Assembly (NCBI GenBank): GCA_037305845.1
Contig: CP147778.1
Location: forward strand, 3,392,001 to 3,456,000
Direction of reading: 5' to 3'
DNA from: Candidatus Freyarchaeum deiterrae
Lineage (GTDB): Archaea; Asgardarchaeota; Jordiarchaeia; Jordiarchaeales; Jordiarchaeaceae
Length of the DNA: 64,000 bases
The notes below the pieces were generated by a model. It saw only the letters and a program-made list of their open reading frames with translations, was not told where the DNA came from and did not search any database. Positions 9,487 through 21,075 of this stretch are shown here, in pieces (position 1 is the first letter of the stretch; each line of letters begins with the position of its first letter). Made by a program: the position numbers and the translations under genes.

Positions 9487-9563
9487 CCCCCTGCCTCCTC
9501 TCCCTCCCATTGTATTCTCACCCCTACCTCTCGCCCCCAAGAATTCAAGGAGGAGGTTGTAGT
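9487..9563. repeat. Dispersed C-rich/G-rich intergenic repeat, copy 3 (more diverged)
   Basis: cccattgtattctcacccctacctctcgccccc...aattcaaggaggagg aligns with copies 1 and 2. Confidence 0.65.
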
Positions 9564-9643
9564 GAAATCTAAACACTTAATCTTTCTTCGAGACCACTTT
9601 TTTATTTTGCATATTTTTATCAGATAAATGGAATACCAAATTC

Positions 9644-10834
9644 TTAAAAATCCTTAAGGGGTGTCATGACTCCTCCGGCGGGTCTATTTATCAGGGGAAT
9701 CATAGTGTTGCATTCTTTTATTTTAACTTCTTTATCCGTTATGAATTTTCCAATTTTCTTTGCTTCCGAATATATCTTGCTGAGCACTCTTTCTTCAACC
9801 TCGTCAAAGAGGAATAGCTTAATCATTGGTTCTGGAGCTTCGGAGAGGTCCCAAACTCCCAGGACTCTTCCCTCATGTATTATCGTTGTTGTAGAATTAC
9901 CGGAGCGGTCAAAGACCTCATTATAGTGTTTATAATCTAGATATCTCTCACGTTCTTTATAACCCATGAGATAAGGGTCTAGACTCGGCAACAGACACAC
10001 ACTGCGACCTTTGGAAAAGGTTGAGCTTGCTAAGAGCCTCTCTTCCGATTTAAGCATAATGAACTCGTTTTTAAAATTCGGAATCTCCACCTGAACTAAT
10101 TGATCCTGAAGAACGTCTAAAGATTCTCTTATTTTGTTTTTACTTAAACCAGTCCACCAAGAAATATCTTTTTCAGTCAAGGGACCAAATGATTTCAAAT
10201 AACAGTGCAGCAGCTGTGTTATTGCCTCCGTCTCACTAATTTTGGAAAGGTCTATTTCGGGAAAGTATTCTCGGAAGAGAGTATATTTGTGTCTACGATC
10301 CTTCCAGCCCTTTTCCGGCTTACTTCTTATCAATAGTCCTTGATCACACATTTGATTTAGTATTGAAGAGACATCTAGCTCTGTTTTTAGTGCCCTTTTA
10401 ATTTCTAAAGTGCTCATCTCTTTTCCCTGCAAAATATTCAAAATTATTTTTGAAAACTTCTCATACTGCTCTGCTGAAACTCCCCTGTATTCTAAAAATC
10501 GCGTGGAGTTCTTTTCCACAATTTCTCGGGTAGCTGTAAACGTAATAGGAATCATTTCCTTTGTAAGAATATACATGGTACCGCGCACACAACGAATCTT
10601 ACCAAGACTTCTCTTTACATAAAGCTCTTCATCTAAGCTCATTCTCTCAAAATTACTGGCTCTAGCAAAAAGAGACAAGTAAGGCCCCATTGGATTAGTG
10701 GCATGCAGACCACCAATATCCCTAACTATTTGGACAATATCATTAATTCTCGAATCCTCAGATAGGTGTTGCTTGCTCAAAACAAAATGATTAATTCTAG
10801 CTAAGCTAAAATTATTCGCCAATTTTTTATTCAC
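9644..10834 (-). CDS. AlkZ/YcaQ-family (HTH_42) winged-helix DNA glycosylase-like protein
   Basis: GGLHATNPMGPYLSLFAR, RCVRGTMY, YLKSFGPLTEKDISWWTGL, LLPSLDPYLMGY, GRVLGVW. Confidence 0.85.
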   Translation of the reverse strand: MNKKLANNFSLARINHFVLSKQHLSEDSRINDIVQIVRDIGGLHATNPMGPYLSLFARASNFERMSLDEELYVKRSLGKIRCVRGTMYILTKEMIPITFTATREIVEKNSTRFLEYRGVSAEQYEKFSKIILNILQGKEMSTLEIKRALKTELDVSSILNQMCDQGLLIRSKPEKGWKDRRHKYTLFREYFPEIDLSKISETEAITQLLHCYLKSFGPLTEKDISWWTGLSKNKIRESLDVLQDQLVQVEIPNFKNEFIMLKSEERLLASSTFSKGRSVCLLPSLDPYLMGYKERERYLDYKHYNEVFDRSGNSTTTIIHEGRVLGVWDLSEAPEPMIKLFLFDEVEERVLSKIYSEAKKIGKFITDKEVKIKECNTMIPLINRPAGGVMTPLKDF

Positions 10835-11330
10835 CTATCGAGTCTAAAATTTCTTTAACTTCTTTTGGCTGAGATTCTTTAAGCTTTCGCAAGCCATCCT
10901 TAATGATCCAATTTGTGTTTGGATTTTTGAGGGTTGCCCATTTCGTGCATAAAGTTAAAACAAATTCCGGATTCTTCTTGCTTGCGTTTCTCAGTACGTT
11001 TGCCACTGATTTTTTTACATAGAGATTGTTGTCCATCCTTAGTTTCTCTATAACTGCTAACACTTTAGCAGGATTTTTTCGGGCAATGTCTCTCAAACCC
11101 TCGCTTGAGGTTCTCCTGACATTAGGATCGTGAGCTTCAGCCCAGTCTATCATTTCTTGAATGACTTCATCTGGTTTCTTTTTGCTGATTTCAACTAATG
11201 CAGTTGCTGCCACTTCCCTCACCTGCCAATCTTCGCTTTCCGCCATCTTTCTAATTTCGGATAAAACGGCTTCGGGATTCACTTTACCCCTTTCGACAAT
11301 TTCTTTTACTTCAGACACTTTTGTAACCAT
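10827..11330 (-). CDS. Short HEAT-repeat DNA alkylation repair (AlkD-like) protein
   Basis: WQVREVAA, VRRTSSEGLR, YVKKSVANVLRNASK, WIIKDGLRKL. Overlaps the start of the AlkZ-like gene by 8 nt. Confidence 0.75.
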   Translation of the reverse strand: MVTKVSEVKEIVERGKVNPEAVLSEIRKMAESEDWQVREVAATALVEISKKKPDEVIQEMIDWAEAHDPNVRRTSSEGLRDIARKNPAKVLAVIEKLRMDNNLYVKKSVANVLRNASKKNPEFVLTLCTKWATLKNPNTNWIIKDGLRKLKESQPKEVKEILDSIGE

Positions 11331-11567
11331 GCTTAAACCTCAATTTTTTCAGTAGAATTATAACTTTTGTGGATAGAATAATGAAGCTGTTTCTCGGTCA
11401 TTATAGGTTTTTATCCGAGTTTTACTAATAATAATCTCGAAATAGTATCATAATTCAAATGCGATATATACAAAAGTTCAATTTTTTTCGCAAATTTTTA
11501 TACTAAATACTGGAAATAGTCCAATAAAAACATTTTTATATTGCGAAAATTATAAGTATATTATTCT

Positions 11568-11590
11568 ATGGTATATAGATACTATACCAT
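11568..11590. promoter_or_regulatory. Inverted repeat ATGGTATA-N7-TATACCAT, candidate operator
   Basis: Perfect 8-bp arms located between the TATA-like tataagtata (11551) and the RBS of the 11620 gene. Confidence 0.5.
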
Positions 11591-11619
11591 TAAAGGATAA
11601 ATCGAGGCGAGAGAGAGAA

Positions 11620-12318
11620 ATGGAAACAAAGATATCTGATTTTAAAATGTGTGAACCAGCCCCCTACGAAATACCTGACCCGAAAGCCCTCACACCACTA
11701 ATCATGAAAATGCAAAAAGAAGTAGAAAAAACCTACGGTCCCGTATATTCTGCCAGACTCATAAAATACACCCTACAATGCGCAGCTCAGAAGACTGGAA
11801 AAGAACCTCCTCAAAACATTAAAACCTTGGACCAGTTAGAAGAATATCTAATCTCGATATCCGATAAATACTCCACTTGCTACAGTTGGCTCACCTTCGC
11901 CGGATGCCAGACCGAAAGCGATTTACAGGGCGCAGTCGGAGCGGGCACACAAGTTGTAATGCTAAACGTATCTAGAAAGTTATCAGGAAGCCCAAACATC
12001 AAAGAAAGAAAAATCGATTTAGACGATGCCATATCGAAATTTCGTCAAACCATAGTTGCGCTAAAACTTAGCCCCCGAGAAATGGGATACAAGAAAAACG
12101 AGGAAAGCGTAGACATATACTGGCCAAATTGCAACTTTAGAGAGGGATGCAAACTAGCTTTCGACGCCAAGGTGTTAAAGCGGGCAGGTGGAAGACTATC
12201 CTGCGCAAGCGGGGCATTTCTATGCCAGTACTTAAAACTAGCTACGGGTTATGATTGGGACTATGACCTGCTAGAAGCTTTCAAACCGCACTGCGTACAC
12301 ACGTGCTACATGTTCTAA
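11620..12318 (+). CDS. Hypothetical protein with a Cys-containing V4R-like C-terminal region
   Basis: Intact 232-aa ORF with RBS; WPNCNFREGC...LSCASG...HCVHTC pattern. Confidence 0.6.
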   Translation: METKISDFKMCEPAPYEIPDPKALTPLIMKMQKEVEKTYGPVYSARLIKYTLQCAAQKTGKEPPQNIKTLDQLEEYLISISDKYSTCYSWLTFAGCQTESDLQGAVGAGTQVVMLNVSRKLSGSPNIKERKIDLDDAISKFRQTIVALKLSPREMGYKKNEESVDIYWPNCNFREGCKLAFDAKVLKRAGGRLSCASGAFLCQYLKLATGYDWDYDLLEAFKPHCVHTCYMF

Positions 12319-12451
12319 ACAATTATCATTTCTACCTGTGGTGGGAGTAAAACAAGTTTCTACAAAAAACCTAAAAAATGAGGCATTACCTCAAATAACA
12401 CTTTTTTTTACATGTTATCCCTCAGAAACTTTTATTTACGCATTGTCGATG

Positions 12452-12901
12452 CTACCTATGCCCTTTTGTTCCTTTGCCACACTTTTCGCAAATGCCGTAT
12501 ATATCGAGTCGTTGTCCCGTTGCAGTGAATTTTGTCACAGAAGCGACCCTTTCGACAATTTCTTGTGCAATATGATCGTCCAGATCCTGAATGTTGCCAC
12601 ATTTCATGCAAACCAAGTTTATGTGAGGTTTCATATTTGGATCGAATCTCGACTCCCCATGTGGGAAACCCAGCTCCTGTATTTGACCGAGCTCTTTTAG
12701 GATTTGAAGAGTCTTGTAAACTGTCGCGAGGCTAACTGTTGGATGAATTGCCTTGACTTCATCATAGATTCTCTTCACACTTGGGTGCTCTCGACTGCCA
12801 AGGACGAACCGACAAATCGCTATCCTCTGCGGAGTAGCTTTGTATCCTTTCCTGCGGAAAGCTTCGATTATCGCTACGTCAGATTTCTGGTAATTGTTCA
12901 T
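12452..12901 (-). CDS. perR: Fur-family peroxide stress regulator (PerR-like)
   Basis: GYKATPQR, HPS, SLATVYKTL, RFD...HINLVCMKCG, YGICEKC. Divergent from the catalase locus; ATG at 12901. Confidence 0.85.
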   Translation of the reverse strand: MNNYQKSDVAIIEAFRRKGYKATPQRIAICRFVLGSREHPSVKRIYDEVKAIHPTVSLATVYKTLQILKELGQIQELGFPHGESRFDPNMKPHINLVCMKCGNIQDLDDHIAQEIVERVASVTKFTATGQRLDIYGICEKCGKGTKGHR

Positions 12902-12903
12902 AA

Positions 12904-12917
12904 TTATTAGGTAATAA
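12904..12917. promoter_or_regulatory. Palindrome TTATTA-GG-TAATAA, candidate Per/Fur box
   Basis: Perfect inverted repeat in the short divergent perR-catalase intergenic region. Confidence 0.45.
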
Positions 12918-12978
12918 CAAGTCTTAAATAAATTTTCATATACTATTTTAAGCAAAAATGTACCAGGAGAGGAGGATA

Positions 12979-13221
12979 TTGAAAAGTACGAAAGAAAAAC
13001 AGATATCGACTAAACAGAAAGCATCTGTCAGCGGCCAGCTCACTACCAATCAAGGGATTCCTGTCAGCGACAATCAGGATTCACTTACCGTCGGTGAGCG
13101 TGGACCGGTTCTGCTGCAAGATTTTCACCTGATTGAGAAGCTTGCGCACTTCGACCGTGAACGCATTCCGGAGCGCGTAGTACACGCCAAGGGTGCCGGG
13201 GCCCACGGCTACTTCCAAGTA
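12979..13221 (+). pseudogene. katE: Monofunctional heme catalase, 5' fragment
   Basis: LTTNQG...[10 protein letters not shown]...[24 protein letters not shown], then homology stops. GGAGG RBS before TTG at 12979. Confidence 0.9.
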
Positions 13222-13247
13222 AAAATTAAAAGCACCACCGTGGATAA

Positions 13248-15470
<2,223 letters not shown>

Positions 15471-15490
15471 TCGGAGCATAAACGTCTTCA

Positions 15491-15558
15491 ATGGTGGAGA
15501 ACCTCACGAAGGCGGATAAGAACGCCGGACAGTGTGTGGCAAAGGGCTGAAGTTGTGA
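15491..15558 (+). pseudogene. Second, donor-derived catalase C-terminal remnant
   Basis: MVENLTKADKNAGQCVAK then, after a 1-nt loss, GLKL*. Matches EVEHLTKADPEFGKRVAKGLKL* at 15898-15967. Confidence 0.7.
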
Positions 15559-15740
15559 ATGGCATATCCAGCGGGCCGCCACGAATCATCTCGTGGAACA
15601 TTACCCTGCGGTGTCCGCTGAAATGTGCCCACTGCTACGTGGACGCCGGGGATCGTGAAGCGGAGCAGGCTCTCTCCACGGAGGAAGCCTTTGATGTCAT
15701 TGACCAGATCAGGGCTGCCGGAAAGTCGGTTGTCGTCCTC
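15555..15740 (+). pseudogene. 5' fragment of an Ahb/NirJ-like radical SAM heme-biosynthesis protein
   Basis: PRIISWNITLRCPLKCAHCY...LSTEEAFDVIDQI...VVVL, truncated before GGEP. GTG start overlaps the catalase-remnant TGA. Confidence 0.8.
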
Positions 15741-15967
15741 ACATCGAAGGTGACATAGTGCGTAAGAAGATCAGTCTCACCAACGACTTCAAGCAGGCTG
15801 GTGAACGCTACCGTTCACTCAGTAAAGTAGACCAAGACCATTTAGTAGATAACATTGTTGATTCTCTAGGAAAGGCGAACAGGCAAATTCAACAGCGTGA
15901 GGTTGAGCATCTTACTAAAGCTGACCCTGAATTTGGCAAGCGTGTAGCAAAAGGGCTGAAACTCTAG
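15740..15967 (+). pseudogene. katE: Monofunctional catalase, 3' fragment (resident copy)
   Basis: HIEGDIVRKKISLTNDFKQAGERYRSLS...LVDNIVDSL...KADPEFGKRVAKGL, the catalase C-terminal helical domain. Confidence 0.85.
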
Positions 15968-16209
15968 CTGACAACCAAAAAAACTTAATCTTCCTAATAT
16001 TCCACTCCTTTTTTTTATTAATACCAAGACCAGTACACTAGATAGTGTTATCACGAAACCAAACCACCATTATTCCGTGTTTTGTCATGTAGATTCTGGA
16101 CTATTTGATATGGTTTTAGCTAGCCCTAAAAAAAGGAGAACCTTTTATACCTCAGTGTTTTCTGTTATAAAGACATACCATACCATACCATGGCACAGCA
16201 CGTGATTTT

Positions 16210-16899
16210 ATGAAAGTTGGTATACTCACTGATGGAAAATACGGTGACCGAGCATTTGAAAACATAAGCAAGGTTTTCCCCTGCGAATGGATTCAATTAG
16301 AAGAAGCTCCACGAACTGCCGTTCTAGATGATTATGATTTGAACATCCCTGAGTGCGACATGTACATATCCTACCTGAGACACCCCGACCAGGTTCTCGC
16401 AGCAGCCGACCTCGGAAAACCCATACTTTTGGGAATCAGTTTTGGAGAAGGATTCCTACGACAGGTACGCAAAATAAATCCCAAAGTGTTTGCCTTCCCC
16501 ACAATGTGCTCCACTGAACCTAAAACCGGCGTCCCCGAAATTGATGAATTCGCCCGCCATTTCGGCAGCCCGGTCTTCGAAGCATACTTGGATAACGAAA
16601 AAATCGAAAAACTAGAAGTCCTGCGAAGCTCCCCCTGCGGATCATCGGAAGCCGGCTCAAAATTCATCAAAGGCAAACCGATTTCAATCCCGGTTCTTCA
16701 AGAATTCGCCCTCAACGTATGCTATGAGTGCAGAGCACCCAGATTTGGAAAAACATGCGATAAAGAATTGTCCGGAATCATCCATCTCAAAGCTTTAGTC
16801 TCAAGCTTGGAAAAGGCTGGCGCAACTTTGGACCCCAGTATATCAGAATTCATAGATAATCTCGAAAGAGAGTACCAAAATAGGTCGAAAAAAACTTAA
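16210..16899 (+). CDS. DUF166-family protein
   Basis: DGKYGDRA, HPD, PTMCS, FGSP, VLRSSPCGS, CRAP motifs. Confidence 0.75.
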   Translation: MKVGILTDGKYGDRAFENISKVFPCEWIQLEEAPRTAVLDDYDLNIPECDMYISYLRHPDQVLAAADLGKPILLGISFGEGFLRQVRKINPKVFAFPTMCSTEPKTGVPEIDEFARHFGSPVFEAYLDNEKIEKLEVLRSSPCGSSEAGSKFIKGKPISIPVLQEFALNVCYECRAPRFGKTCDKELSGIIHLKALVSSLEKAGATLDPSISEFIDNLEREYQNRSKKT

Positions 16900-17048
16900 C
16901 CATCATACAAAACGACTAATAACTCACCGAAAAATGAATGCAATTTTATGTAAAATCGATAAGTAATGTTTTTAGATAAATATATATGGTGCGGTACACG
17001 CGTTCTATTAAATAGAATTGCGCTAATGATTCTCCTCTCCTTTAGAGG

Positions 17049-19433
17049 GTGAGTGTTTTGAAGGGTGTTGAAAAAAAGGAGAAGCCGAATATTGAGTTGG
17101 CTGTAGCGATCCAAAATCGCACAGCAGAACTGACCAGAGCCAACGAGGCGTTGAAGGCAGAGATTGAAGAACTCAAACAGGCAGAGAAAAAATTACATGA
17201 AGCCTCGCTTTATCCCAGAAGCTTGATTGAGGCAAGCCTCGACCCTCTAGTCACGATTAGCGTGGAAGGTAAGATAACTGATGTGAACAGGGCCACAGAA
17301 CTGGTTACAGGCTTATCCCGCGACCAGCTGATTGGCCAAGACTTTTCTGATTACTTCACTGAACCTGATAAGGCGAGAGCTGGATACCAGCAAGTCTTCA
17401 CAGAAGGCTTTGTGAGAGATTACCCTCTCGCGATACGTCATATATCAGGGAGAATCACCGAAGTCCTCTATAACGCCACCGTTTACAAGAACGAGGCTGG
17501 TGAGATTCAGGGAGTATTCGCCGCCGCTAGGGACATCACTGAACGAAAGCAGGCGGAAGAGAAGTTGCATGCTGCGTCACTCTATGCGAGAAGCCTCATT
17601 GAAGCTAGCCTTGATCCTTTAGTTACTATTAATGCTGAGGGGAAGATAACTGATGTGAATAAAGCTACTGAAGAGGTGACCGGAGTTCCTCGTGAACAAC
17701 TGATAGGCAGCGATTTCTCTGATTATTTTACAGAACCAAAGAAGGCGGAGGAAGGTTACCTGAAAGTCTTCACGGAAGGCTTAGTTAGAGATTATCCCTT
17801 AGCGATAAGACACAAATCTGGAAAGATTACCGATGTCTTGTATAATGCAACTGTATATAGGAATGACGCAGGAGAGATTCAGGGTGTGTTTGCAGCTGCA
17901 AGAGATATTACAGAGCGTAAACAGGCAGAAGAGAGGGTACGGGAGCAAGCTGAACTTTTGGACGAGGCGCATGACGCTATTACTGTGCGAAACCTAGAGA
18001 ATTGCATAATATACTGGAATAAGGGCGCTGAGCAGATGTACGGTTGGACAGCAGAGGAGGTGATAGGCAGGAAGGCAAATGAGTTCCTCTACAAGGAGGA
18101 CGCTCCACCGTCGGCTGGGGCGCTGAAAACTGTAATTGAGAGAGGGGAATGGAGCGGAGAGCTGCATCAGGTAACGAAGGATGGAAAGGAAATCATAGTT
18201 GATAGCCACTGGACGCTGATGCGTGACAGCGAGGGAAACCTAAAATCAATAATGGCCATTAACACTGACATTACCGATAAGAAAAATCTTGAAACACAGA
18301 TGCTCAGGGCTCAGAGGATGGAGAGTATAGGCACCCTCGCAGGCGGAATCGCCCACGACCTGAACAATGTACTCACCCCGATAACGCTGTCATTGCAATT
18401 GTTACAGGAGAAGCTCACGGACAATAAAGATAAGGAAATACTTGAAATCCTACAGAATAGTGCACAACGCGGATCCGACTTAGTGAGGCAGGTTCTACTT
18501 TTTACAAGAGGAATCGAAAGCGAGAGAAAACCTATCCAACCCAGATCCCTCATCACGGAAGTTGAGAAGATCATGGAAGAAACATTTCCAAAATCCATTG
18601 AGATCAGAAGAAGAATACCCTCTGATCTTTCAATCATTTCCGGAGATGCAACACAGCTACATCAGGTTCTGATGAACCTGTGCGTAAATGCTCGTGACGC
18701 TATGCCCGACGGAGGCATCCTGGAAATCTCTGCCGATAACGATTACATTGATGAAGAATATGCTCGTCTGCATCTCGAGGCAAAAGTGGGCAACTACGTC
18801 GTCATCTCTGTATCGGACACTGGTACGGGTATGCCCTTGGAGGTTCGCAACAGGCTTTTCGAACCATTCTTCACCACGAAAGAGCGGGGCAAAGGAACAG
18901 GGCTGGGTCTATCTACAGCTCTAGCGATTGTGAAAAACCACGGCGGCTTCATAAACGTGTACAGCGAAGTTAGAAAGGGCTCCGTATTCAAAGTCTACCT
19001 GCCCGCCATAATAGAAACCGAACCTATGAGAGCAGAAAAACTCCAGCCTAAACGTGTCAAGGGACATGGCGAATTAATTCTTGTTGTGGATGACGAATCC
19101 CCAATTTGTAATGTGACCTGCTCTATCCTTGAATCTAATGGGTATAAAGCGATTTCAGCTAAAGATGGGGCGGAAGCAGTAGCGGTCTTCGTGGAAAACA
19201 AAAATGCGGTCAAGATCATCCTCATGGATATGGCGATGCCCATTATGGACGGAGCGATGGGCATAAAAGCAATACGAAAAGTGGACCCCAAAGCTAAGAT
19301 CATCGCGGTCAGTGGATTGCCTGCAAACGGGAAGCTTGCTAGCGTTTCGGAATCGGTGAATGCTTTCCTAGCCAAGCCCTACACGACTGAGAGACTACTG
19401 AAAACCATAGATGATATTCTAAACGTTGAATAA
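17049..19433 (+). CDS. Cytoplasmic hybrid sensor histidine kinase (3 PAS, HisKA, HATPase, receiver)
   Basis: Two tandem RSLIEASLDPLVTI PAS repeats plus a third PAS; GGIAHDLNN H-box; NLCVNARDAM; GTGLGL; LVVDDE...LMDMAMP. Confidence 0.93.
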   Translation: MSVLKGVEKKEKPNIELAVAIQNRTAELTRANEALKAEIEELKQAEKKLHEASLYPRSLIEASLDPLVTISVEGKITDVNRATELVTGLSRDQLIGQDFSDYFTEPDKARAGYQQVFTEGFVRDYPLAIRHISGRITEVLYNATVYKNEAGEIQGVFAAARDITERKQAEEKLHAASLYARSLIEASLDPLVTINAEGKITDVNKATEEVTGVPREQLIGSDFSDYFTEPKKAEEGYLKVFTEGLVRDYPLAIRHKSGKITDVLYNATVYRNDAGEIQGVFAAARDITERKQAEERVREQAELLDEAHDAITVRNLENCIIYWNKGAEQMYGWTAEEVIGRKANEFLYKEDAPPSAGALKTVIERGEWSGELHQVTKDGKEIIVDSHWTLMRDSEGNLKSIMAINTDITDKKNLETQMLRAQRMESIGTLAGGIAHDLNNVLTPITLSLQLLQEKLTDNKDKEILEILQNSAQRGSDLVRQVLLFTRGIESERKPIQPRSLITEVEKIMEETFPKSIEIRRRIPSDLSIISGDATQLHQVLMNLCVNARDAMPDGGILEISADNDYIDEEYARLHLEAKVGNYVVISVSDTGTGMPLEVRNRLFEPFFTTKERGKGTGLGLSTALAIVKNHGGFINVYSEVRKGSVFKVYLPAIIETEPMRAEKLQPKRVKGHGELILVVDDESPICNVTCSILESNGYKAISAKDGAEAVAVFVENKNAVKIILMDMAMPIMDGAMGIKAIRKVDPKAKIIAVSGLPANGKLASVSESVNAFLAKPYTTERLLKTIDDILNVE

Positions 19434-19622
19434 AAACATGATAGCTTCCGAGGTAGAAGAATACGGGGAAAGCGAAAAGACCTTGATATCTAATGATACG
19501 TAGAAAACTACCTTTAAATAACAAGGATTTCAGAGAACTTTAGGGCAGCTTTGGAAGAGTATTTTTAAAAAATCTTACATTTAAGAACTTGTGTAAATTT
19601 TTCTTAATTTATTGCAGGATTA

Positions 19623-19647
19623 TTCAGTAAATTCTGATTTTTCAGAA
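19623..19647. promoter_or_regulatory. Overlapping TCAG/CTGA inverted half-sites upstream of the TATA box of the HgcC-like/arsM operon
   Basis: ttcagtaaattctga and TTCTGA-N4-TCAGAA (19632-19647), followed by tttaaata at 19651. Confidence 0.4.
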
Positions 19648-19694
19648 AAGTTTAAATATTCTGTTTATTACTACTTTTCAATGAGGTTACCAAA

Positions 19695-19973
19695 ATGGTC
19701 AAAGAAGAAGATGCAAATGAAGCGTGTTGTACGCCAAAAGATATGGAATCAGGCTGCTGCAAAGTTGAGTCAGTAATAAGCATAGATGAAAGAGGACAGA
19801 TGATTCTCCCCAAAGATGTACGCGAAAAAGCAAACATTAAAGCCTTAGACAAATTAGCCGTAGTAAGTTTCGAAAAAAAGGGCAAAGTTAACTGTATTTG
19901 CTTAATTAAAGTTGAAAACCTCACAGAGATGGTAAAGAACATGCTCGGACCAGTGATGAAAGAGGTCCTATAA
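19695..19973 (+). CDS. AbrB/SpoVT-fold Cys-rich regulator, HgcC-like
   Basis: CC...CCKVESVISIDERGQMILPKDVREKANI...NCICLIK. Confidence 0.8.
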   Translation: MVKEEDANEACCTPKDMESGCCKVESVISIDERGQMILPKDVREKANIKALDKLAVVSFEKKGKVNCICLIKVENLTEMVKNMLGPVMKEVL

Positions 19974-20001
19974 AAAATAAAAACAAGAGGAATGCATCAA
20001 A

Positions 20002-20853
20002 ATGAAAGAAGAGGAAGTAAAGAAAGTCGTAAGAAAAAGCTACGCCAAAGTAGCCAAACAAGACAACTCTCGCCATGCTCCTACGAGTTCAAGCTCCTGC
20101 TGTGGAGGAAGCGGAAGTACTGATGATGCTGTTTCTGATTTTAGTAAACAGATAGGTTACACTGACGCAGAACTCAAATCGGTTCCAAAGGGAGCGAACT
20201 TAGGTCTCGGTTGCGGAAACCCTGTCGCACTCGCCTCCTTGAAAGAGGGCGAAACTGTCCTAGACCTTGGATCCGGTGCTGGCTTCGACAGTTTCCTCGC
20301 AGCGAATAAAGTCGGTGAGAAGGGAAAAGTTATCGGCGTGGACATGACACCAGAGATGCTTGAAAAAGCAAGAGAAAACGCTAGGAAAGCAAACTACACA
20401 AACGTAGAGTTCCGACTAGGCGAGATAGAGAATCTGCCAGCTGCAGACAACTCCGTTGACGTCATTATTTCAAACTGCGTAATCAACCTAGCACCAGACA
20501 AAGCAAGAGTTTTCGGAGAAGCATTCAGAGTACTTAGACCCGGAGGAAGGCTGATGGTCTCAGACATGGTGCTACTGAAAAACCTGCCAGACGAGATTAA
20601 GAATAGTATCGAAGCGTACACTTGCTGCATTGCCGGCGCAATCCTGAAGAACGACTACATAGAACTCATCAAAGATGCGGGATTTAAGGACGTTAAAATC
20701 ATGGATGAAACCGTTTTAACACCAGACGCAGTAGCTTGCAATCCATCAGGAGAAGAGACGTTTAAAATACCAAACACCTCCTCCCAAGAGGAATTAGAAG
20801 AAGCCGCCGTTTCCGTCAGCAGTATAAAAGTTAAAGGAGTAAAACCCAAATAG
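20002..20853 (+). CDS. arsM: Arsenite S-adenosylmethionine methyltransferase
   Basis: [38 protein letters not shown]. Confidence 0.93.
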   Translation: MKEEEVKKVVRKSYAKVAKQDNSRHAPTSSSSCCGGSGSTDDAVSDFSKQIGYTDAELKSVPKGANLGLGCGNPVALASLKEGETVLDLGSGAGFDSFLAANKVGEKGKVIGVDMTPEMLEKARENARKANYTNVEFRLGEIENLPAADNSVDVIISNCVINLAPDKARVFGEAFRVLRPGGRLMVSDMVLLKNLPDEIKNSIEAYTCCIAGAILKNDYIELIKDAGFKDVKIMDETVLTPDAVACNPSGEETFKIPNTSSQEELEEAAVSVSSIKVKGVKPK

Positions 20854-21075
20854 AAAATAGTTTCTGGGGCCAATGTAAGGCAAATATTATGTCACCCATT
20901 CATAAAATGGAACTTTTTTTCTTTTCTTCATTTTTTCATTAGATACTTTTCTGAAGAGCCAGACAAGGTCTTACTTTTTTTCAAAGATTTCTAGCCGTTA
21001 GACTAGTGTTTGTTCAATTGCCCTTAAATATCCTTGCAAAAAGGAAAAAAATTTTTATTTTAAAAAAGGATGATT

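Noticed and set aside
9445-9576. RGG-rich N-terminal extension of the 727-aa ORF (also ORF 1505-1738 and the 6236-6394 extension)
   Set aside because: These are translations through the G-rich dispersed repeat, upstream of the TATA boxes.
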